The notes beneath the pieces are model-generated. The model was not told the origin of the DNA. It made no database searches and was given only the letters and a program-made list of their open reading frames with translations. The position numbers were made by a program, and so were the translations under genes. 64,000 nucleotides of DNA from Mycobacteriales bacterium. Its GTDB lineage: Bacteria > Actinomycetota > Actinomycetes > JAFAQI01. Shown piece after piece: positions 58,625 through 64,000 of the stretch (its first letter is position 1; the number at the start of each line of letters is the position of its first letter). The stretch lies in assembly GCA_035550655.1 (NCBI GenBank), contig DASZOU010000037.1, positions 19,159 to 83,158 on the forward strand, in the 5' to 3' direction.

Positions 58625-60097
58625 TTGCCGCGCATGACCTGCGCTTTTAGGGTCCAGCGGGTGACGCACCGACGCGGGGGCCCGCCCCGCGGTACCGCAA
58701 CGCTCGCGATCACGGCCCTGATCGCGGCCGTTGGCGTCGCCCCCGCGTACGCCCACAGCGCCACCACGACCAGCTTCGTCTCCGGCAGCGCTGTCGCCAC
58801 ATCCCAGGCCTTCCAGATCGACCCCCGCGACGCCGGCCTGGCCGCGACCATCACGGTCGGCCGCTCAGTGGCGCAGTACCGAAACGAACTTGCTCAGGCG
58901 TCGAGCCAGGCGCTCGACCTCGGCCTGATCGGCAACTCCTTGACCGTGCAGTGCAGCTCCCTGCCCGCCCCGCTCACGCCGGGACAGCTCCCGAAGGCCA
59001 TCACCGCCGAGTCGAACGCGGGCGCGTCGGAGACGGACACGAACTCCGGCGGCGCCAGCAACGAGTTCGCGACGGCCGACGCCGGCAACGCGCACGTCAA
59101 AGCCACGCCGCAGCCCAACGAGAACGCGATCGCGTCCTTCGACACCGGGCTGGTCGACCTCCCTGGCGTGATCGCGCTGCATGGGCTGTCCAGCACCGCC
59201 CACGCGCACCTCTACCCGGGAAGCGCGCGTGAGTCCGACTCGACGGCTGACGTCGCCTCGCTGGATCTGGCCGGCGCGGTCAAGCTCGGGGGCCTGCACT
59301 GGCAGACGTCGGTGCGCACCGGGTCGAAGCCCGCGTCCTCCTCCACCTTCACCGTCTCGACCGTGAGCATCGGCGGCACCAAGCTGCCGACGGGATCGGC
59401 CGCGGCGCTGGCTTCGACGTTCAACGCGGTCAACAAGGTGCTGGCGCCGACCGGTCTGCACATCACCATTCCCGAGGTCAGCCACGACAACGGCGCCCTG
59501 GCTATGACGCCGATGTCGATCGGCATCGACCACTCGGCGCTCGGCAAGATGCTGCTGGTCCCCATCTTGAACCTCGTTCACACCGTCTTCGACCCCGTCG
59601 CGACGGCGGTCAACAAGGCCGCCTGCACGTTCGGAAGCCTGTACGGCGCGGTGAACCTGCTCATCGCCGGGCTCGACGGCGTCGGCCAGTTCGACCTCGA
59701 CATCGGCGGGACCACAGCGACCACGAACGACGCGACGTACGCCAACCCGTTCGGCAACGGCGGCAGCGACAACAACAACGGCGGCGGCTTGCTCCCGGGC
59801 GCGACGGCCACGTCCTCGCCGCCCTCGGGTGGCGGTGGCAACCTCGGTGCCGGGACGGCACTGCCAAGCGCATCCGGAGCTCCCGCTCCCGTCCCGAGCC
59901 CGCAAGTCGCGGGGGGCACAACTGACGTCGCGTCGATCTGTTCGACCACCAGTCCGGCTGGGCGCCCGTCATGCGGCCGCGGCGCCGGCCTCGCGGTCGG
60001 TCTCATCGCATTGGCAACTCTCGGCGGGGTAGCAGGGGTGGACTACTTCGTCGTCCGACGTCGACGACGACTGGCGAGGATGGCGATCGAAACTTGA
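58625..60097 (+). CDS. secreted protein with C-terminal membrane anchor, unknown function
   Basis: 490-aa ORF with a signal peptide ending AYA-HS and a Thr/Ser/Ala-rich beta-rich body. It has a C-terminal hydrophobic helix plus an RRRRR stop-transfer tail. It lies directly upstream of an ABC transporter on the same strand. Confidence 0.5.
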   Translation: MPRMTCAFRVQRVTHRRGGPPRGTATLAITALIAAVGVAPAYAHSATTTSFVSGSAVATSQAFQIDPRDAGLAATITVGRSVAQYRNELAQASSQALDLGLIGNSLTVQCSSLPAPLTPGQLPKAITAESNAGASETDTNSGGASNEFATADAGNAHVKATPQPNENAIASFDTGLVDLPGVIALHGLSSTAHAHLYPGSARESDSTADVASLDLAGAVKLGGLHWQTSVRTGSKPASSSTFTVSTVSIGGTKLPTGSAAALASTFNAVNKVLAPTGLHITIPEVSHDNGALAMTPMSIGIDHSALGKMLLVPILNLVHTVFDPVATAVNKAACTFGSLYGAVNLLIAGLDGVGQFDLDIGGTTATTNDATYANPFGNGGSDNNNGGGLLPGATATSSPPSGGGGNLGAGTALPSASGAPAPVPSPQVAGGTTDVASICSTTSPAGRPSCGRGAGLAVGLIALATLGGVAGVDYFVVRRRRRLARMAIET

Positions 60098-61755
60098 GCA
60101 ACGCCGGTCCAACTCCCCCAAGCGGACCCAACACCTACCCGTTCCTTCGCGGCTACGGCCCGCTCGCGTGCCTCTTGGTCGCGTTCGTGCTCATGGCGGC
60201 ATTCGTACCGACCGACGCGCCCCAGCGCGTCACGGTCACGACCGCCGGCCAGGGCAGCACCCCGACCGGCACCACTCCGCTCACCCCGGGTGGCGTGGCG
60301 ACGCCGGCGACGGTCACCGGCAAGAAGGGTGGCCCCGTCGTCGGAGGTTCGGTTCCCTCGACGTCGGCCACCGGCGCGCCGATCACACCGCCGACAGGGT
60401 GCAAGGGCCCCCAGGTCAAGGGCGATCCTTACTCGCCGCCGTGCATCGCGTTTTCCGGGAACAACGGTGGCGCGACGACTCGCGGCGTGACCAAGTCGAC
60501 CATCACGATCGCCTTCCGCGTCACCTCCGACCCGACCTTCCAGCAGACGCTGGCCAGGATCGGCGGCGCGCAGTTCGACGACACGCAGGCGGATACCGAC
60601 CGCACGATCCAGGGGCTCGCGGACTACTTCAACACCCACTTCCAGTTCTACGGCCGAAAGCTCGTCTTCAAGTTCTACAAAGGCCAGGGATCACAGAGCA
60701 ACGAGCTGCTCGGTGGCGGCCAGGCGGCGGCCGCCGCGGACGCGCTCAAGGTCGCGACCGGCATCAAGGCCTTCGGTGACATGAGCGCAGGCACTGAGCC
60801 GTACGCCGACTCCTTGTCGCGCGACAAAGTCATGAACTTCGGTGTGCCGTACATGTCGCAACGCTGGTTCGAGCAGCGCGCGCCGTACTCCTGGAGCATC
60901 GCGACCGACTGCACCGGTGTCAGCGACGCCGTTGCCGAGGTCGGTGTTCGGGAGCTCGCGGGCAAGAAGGCGATCTTCGCCGGATCCCAGTACGCCAACC
61001 AGACCCGCAAGTTCGCGACGATCGCGCCGGACAACCCGTGGTACCAGGAATGCGTCCAGAACGGCGCCAACATCTACAAGCGGGCGGGCTTGCCGGTGCC
61101 GTTGAACATTCCGTACCAGCTCAACCTCGCCACGCTGGCGAACCAAGCCGCGAGCATCATCTCGAAGCTCAAGGCGAACAACATCACCACCGTGGTCTGC
61201 GGCTGTGACCCGATCCTCCCCGTCTACCTGACGCAGCGAGCCGACGAGCAGAACTACTTCCCCGAGTGGGCCGTCGTCGGCGTCGCGCTCACCGACGAGG
61301 ACATCGTGGGTCAGCTGTTCGACCAGGCCGAGTGGGCACATGCGTTCGGCGTGACCTATCAGGGACCGACGCTGCCGTACGCCGCCAGCCTCGGCTACGC
61401 GGCGTACAAGACGGTTCGCAGCGACGAGCCGGCACAGTTCGTGAACCTGATCTACGCGCAGATGTACATGATCGCTCTCGGCATCGATCTGGCCGGCCCT
61501 GATCTCACCCCGGCGAACTTCGAAAAGGGGATGCGGTCCTACCCCACCAGCCAGACCAGCGAGTTCGGCACGTGGGGCTTCCCGCCCGGCCACTACTCAC
61601 CGACCCTCGACGGCGCGCAGATCTACTGGGACCCCAACGCGACATCCGTGTACAACAACAAGAAGGGCGCGTACATCTTCTCGAGCCGGCGCTACACGCT
61701 CTATGACTGGCCGCGCCGGAACTTCTCGCACCAGCCCTACAAGGGCAAGCAGTAG
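60094..61755 (+). CDS. ABC transporter substrate-binding protein (type-I periplasmic binding fold, Liv-like)
   Basis: The start is uncertain (TTG at 60094 overlapping the upstream stop, or an internal ATG). It has an N-terminal anchor helix LACLLVAFVLMAAFV, a Thr/Pro/Gly linker, and an approximately 430-aa binding domain. Confidence 0.6.
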   Translation: MSNAGPTPPSGPNTYPFLRGYGPLACLLVAFVLMAAFVPTDAPQRVTVTTAGQGSTPTGTTPLTPGGVATPATVTGKKGGPVVGGSVPSTSATGAPITPPTGCKGPQVKGDPYSPPCIAFSGNNGGATTRGVTKSTITIAFRVTSDPTFQQTLARIGGAQFDDTQADTDRTIQGLADYFNTHFQFYGRKLVFKFYKGQGSQSNELLGGGQAAAAADALKVATGIKAFGDMSAGTEPYADSLSRDKVMNFGVPYMSQRWFEQRAPYSWSIATDCTGVSDAVAEVGVRELAGKKAIFAGSQYANQTRKFATIAPDNPWYQECVQNGANIYKRAGLPVPLNIPYQLNLATLANQAASIISKLKANNITTVVCGCDPILPVYLTQRADEQNYFPEWAVVGVALTDEDIVGQLFDQAEWAHAFGVTYQGPTLPYAASLGYAAYKTVRSDEPAQFVNLIYAQMYMIALGIDLAGPDLTPANFEKGMRSYPTSQTSEFGTWGFPPGHYSPTLDGAQIYWDPNATSVYNNKKGAYIFSSRRYTLYDWPRRNFSHQPYKGKQ

Positions 61756-61760
61756 TCCGG

Positions 61761-64000
61761 GTGGTCGCCGTACCGGAGGTCGTCAACCGCCACCGGGCCG
61801 TCAGCAGCGGCGCGGCCGCGTTGCTGGCGATCGTCGCGGTCTGCGTGATCTCGCCGCACCGCGCACCGCTCGGCATCGTGATGCAGGGAGCGCTGTTCGG
61901 CTCGGTCATCGGCCTGCAAGCCCTGGGCCTCGTGCTGACCTACCGGTCCGACCGGATCATCAACTTCGCCTACGGCTCGATGGGCGGAGTCGGCGGCTCG
62001 ATCGCCGTGCTGCTCTACCTCGGCCAGCACTGGAGCTGGCCGGCTGCCGTGGCCGCCGGATTGGTGACCGGCGCGCTGCTCGGCGGGCTGACCGAGGTCT
62101 TGATCATCCGGCGCTTCGCCAATGCTTCGCGGCTGATCCTGACGGTGGCGACCATCGGGCTCGCGCAGGTGCTCGGTGGCATCCAGCTGAAGCTGCCGCA
62201 ATGGATCGGCGGACCGGCGCTGGTCGGAGGCTTCTCGACGGCGCTGTCCCATCACACGCTGAACGTCGGACCGGTGCTGTTCACCGGCAACGACCTGGTG
62301 ACCGTCCTCGCGGTGCCGTTGGTCATCGTGGCGCTCGGCTGGTACCTGTTGCGCACCGACTCGGGCATCGCAGTCCGGGCCATCGCCGACAACCGTGAAC
62401 GCGCCTTGCTGCTCGGCGTACCGGTGCATCGCATGGCGACGATCGTCTGGACCGTAGCCGGACTGCTCGCCACGATCTCGGTGATCCTGCCTGCTCCGTC
62501 GCAGGGGCTGACCATCGAAGCTGCCGCGGGCCCATCACTGTTGCTGCCGGCACTGGCCGCAGCGGTCCTTGCCTACAAGGAGTCGCTGCCGATCGCGGTC
62601 TTTGCCGGGATCGGCCTCGGCATCCTCAACCAGCTGGTCGCATGGAACTTCACGCAGGCGTCCGCGAACGACGTCGCGTTCCTGATCGTGATCCTGCTCG
62701 CGCTGCTCGTGCTGCCACGGCAGGGAGGCCGCCGCGAAGGCGCGGTCGAGACCTCGCTGTCGGTCGGTGGCACGGTGCGCGAGATCCCGGCGCAGCTGCG
62801 ACGACTGCCTGAGGTGATCGCCGCCCGGTACGTCGGCGGTGCCGTGGTGCTCGGCCTGCTGGTCTTCCTGCCCCTCGCCTTGAGCCCGTCCACGATCTTC
62901 ATCTTCAGCACCGCAGCGATCTACGCGATCGTCGCGGTGTCGGTGGTGCTCCTCACCGGCTGGTCCGGGCAGGTCAGTCTCGGCCAGTTCGCGTTCGTCG
63001 GGCTCGGCGGCGTCCTGGTCGGCAACCTGATGAACCGCTGGAACCTCGACTTCTTCGTCTGCCTCGTCGCAGCGGCGGCTGCAGGGGCGCTGCTCGCTGT
63101 GCTCGTCGGGCTACCCGCGCTGCGGATCCAGGGCCTCGATCTCGCCGTCACGACGTTGGCCCTCGCTGTCGCCGCCGACGCCTTCTTCTTCAACCCGACG
63201 AACTTCTCGTCGCTCATCCCCAACACGATCACCGCGCCGGTGCTGTGGAAGCGCTTCAACCTCGATCTGCAAACCGGGTCCGCGAGCACCGCCCAGCGTG
63301 GCTTCTTCCTGTTGTGTGTCGCGGTGCTGATCGCTGTCATCGCGATCGCCATCGGGCTCCGTCGCGCTCGGCCGGGACGGGTGATGATCGCGACCCGGGA
63401 CAACCAGCGCGCCGCCGCGGCGATGGCGGTTCCGACGACGCGCATCAAGCTGGTCAGCTTCATCGCGGCGGGGGCGATCGCGGGTCTTGCGGGCGGTTTG
63501 GACGCCATCCACCTGACGAGCATCGGCTACCACAGCTTCGACCCGACCGAGAGCCTCAAGGTCTTCTCGATGGTCATCATCGGCGGCGTCTCGACGATCA
63601 CGGGGGCGCTCCTCGGAGTCGCGCTGATCCAGATCGCGGTTCACTACTGGCCGCAGTACCAGCTGATCATCACCGGAAGCGCGCTGCTCTGGATCCTGCA
63701 AGTGCTGCCGGGCGGGCTCAGCTCGGTCGTGTTCGGGACTCGCGACCGGCTCCTCAAGCGCGTCGCCAGGCGCCGCGGGATCGACCTGACCGCCTCGGCA
63801 GACCACGCCGTCTCCGAGCCGGTGGTGGAGGCCGCGCCGGACGCGAAGCCGGAGGCGGCGGCTGACGCGCTCCTCGTGTGCAGCAACGTGCAGGTGAGCT
63901 ACGGCCCGATGCAGGTTCTCTTCGGCGTCGATCTGGATGTCGCCGACGGCGAGATCGTCGCTCTGCTCGGCACCAACGGCGCCGGCAAGTCCACGATGCT
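61761..64000 (+). CDS. fused branched-chain-type ABC permease (LivH-like plus LivM-like domains) continuing in frame into an ABC ATPase domain; 3' end outside window
   Basis: Frame 0 from GTG 61761 has no stop to the window end, which explains its absence from the ORF track. The LivH-like N-domain has ALGLVLTYRSDRIINFAYG. The LivM-like domain has LLTGWSGQVSLGQFAFVGLGG. At the 3' end an ABC ATPase N-terminus (VQVSYGPMQVLFGVDLDVADGEIVALLGTNGAGKST) is read in the same frame. Confidence 0.65.
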   Translation, partial: MVAVPEVVNRHRAVSSGAAALLAIVAVCVISPHRAPLGIVMQGALFGSVIGLQALGLVLTYRSDRIINFAYGSMGGVGGSIAVLLYLGQHWSWPAAVAAGLVTGALLGGLTEVLIIRRFANASRLILTVATIGLAQVLGGIQLKLPQWIGGPALVGGFSTALSHHTLNVGPVLFTGNDLVTVLAVPLVIVALGWYLLRTDSGIAVRAIADNRERALLLGVPVHRMATIVWTVAGLLATISVILPAPSQGLTIEAAAGPSLLLPALAAAVLAYKESLPIAVFAGIGLGILNQLVAWNFTQASANDVAFLIVILLALLVLPRQGGRREGAVETSLSVGGTVREIPAQLRRLPEVIAARYVGGAVVLGLLVFLPLALSPSTIFIFSTAAIYAIVAVSVVLLTGWSGQVSLGQFAFVGLGGVLVGNLMNRWNLDFFVCLVAAAAAGALLAVLVGLPALRIQGLDLAVTTLALAVAADAFFFNPTNFSSLIPNTITAPVLWKRFNLDLQTGSASTAQRGFFLLCVAVLIAVIAIAIGLRRARPGRVMIATRDNQRAAAAMAVPTTRIKLVSFIAAGAIAGLAGGLDAIHLTSIGYHSFDPTESLKVFSMVIIGGVSTITGALLGVALIQIAVHYWPQYQLIITGSALLWILQVLPGGLSSVVFGTRDRLLKRVARRRGIDLTASADHAVSEPVVEAAPDAKPEAAADALLVCSNVQVSYGPMQVLFGVDLDVADGEIVALLGTNGAGKSTM

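Overview
This is a 64 kb high-GC (about 70%) chromosomal segment, gene-dense on both strands and consistent with an Actinomycetota core genome region. orn next to tRNA-His, rpiB, bioA-bioF-bioD, pepN, ettA and ssb are conserved housekeeping markers. I call about 67 protein-coding genes and 2 tRNAs: tRNA-Arg(TCT) on the minus strand and tRNA-His(GTG) on the plus strand. I see no transposase, integrase, phage gene or CRISPR array. The content falls into six groups. (1) A minus-strand island of secreted enzymes: a CocE/NonD S15 hydrolase, a Thr/Ala-rich secreted protein and a 933-aa BNR/Asp-box beta-propeller hydrolase. (2) Cell-envelope genes: a DUF2510 protein, an M15 peptidase, an L,D-transpeptidase and a CtaG-like factor. 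(3) Metabolic genes: an alpha-methylacyl-CoA racemase-like CoA-transferase, an aldehyde dehydrogenase with rpiB and a PP2C phosphatase, pepN, a PLD-like protein, an amidase, a truncated haemoglobin, tam, ettA, ssb, two SDRs and a biotin operon. (4) A complete Liv-type branched-chain amino acid ABC transporter operon, a membrane adenylate cyclase, and a Baeyer-Villiger monooxygenase fused to an esterase. (5) A GntR(YtrA)-ABC operon with a perfect palindromic operator, efeO-efeB, and a three-gene cluster of uncharacterised secreted and membrane proteins. (6) A second Liv-like ABC system whose two permease domains and ATPase appear fused into one ORF that runs off the window end. The most unusual signal is a roughly 95-bp structured intergenic repeat family present twice, at 18.4 kb and 35.0 kb, in inverted orientation. 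Each copy has three copies of the near-palindrome ATGTSACAT on a 32-bp period plus an internal GTCGCGAATCGCGAC palindrome. Each copy fills a convergent intergenic gap, and the stop codon of a flanking gene lies inside the repeat end. A second, unrelated AT-rich nested palindrome lies at 30.7 kb. All functional assignments come from by-eye recognition of translated motifs; no database search was possible.
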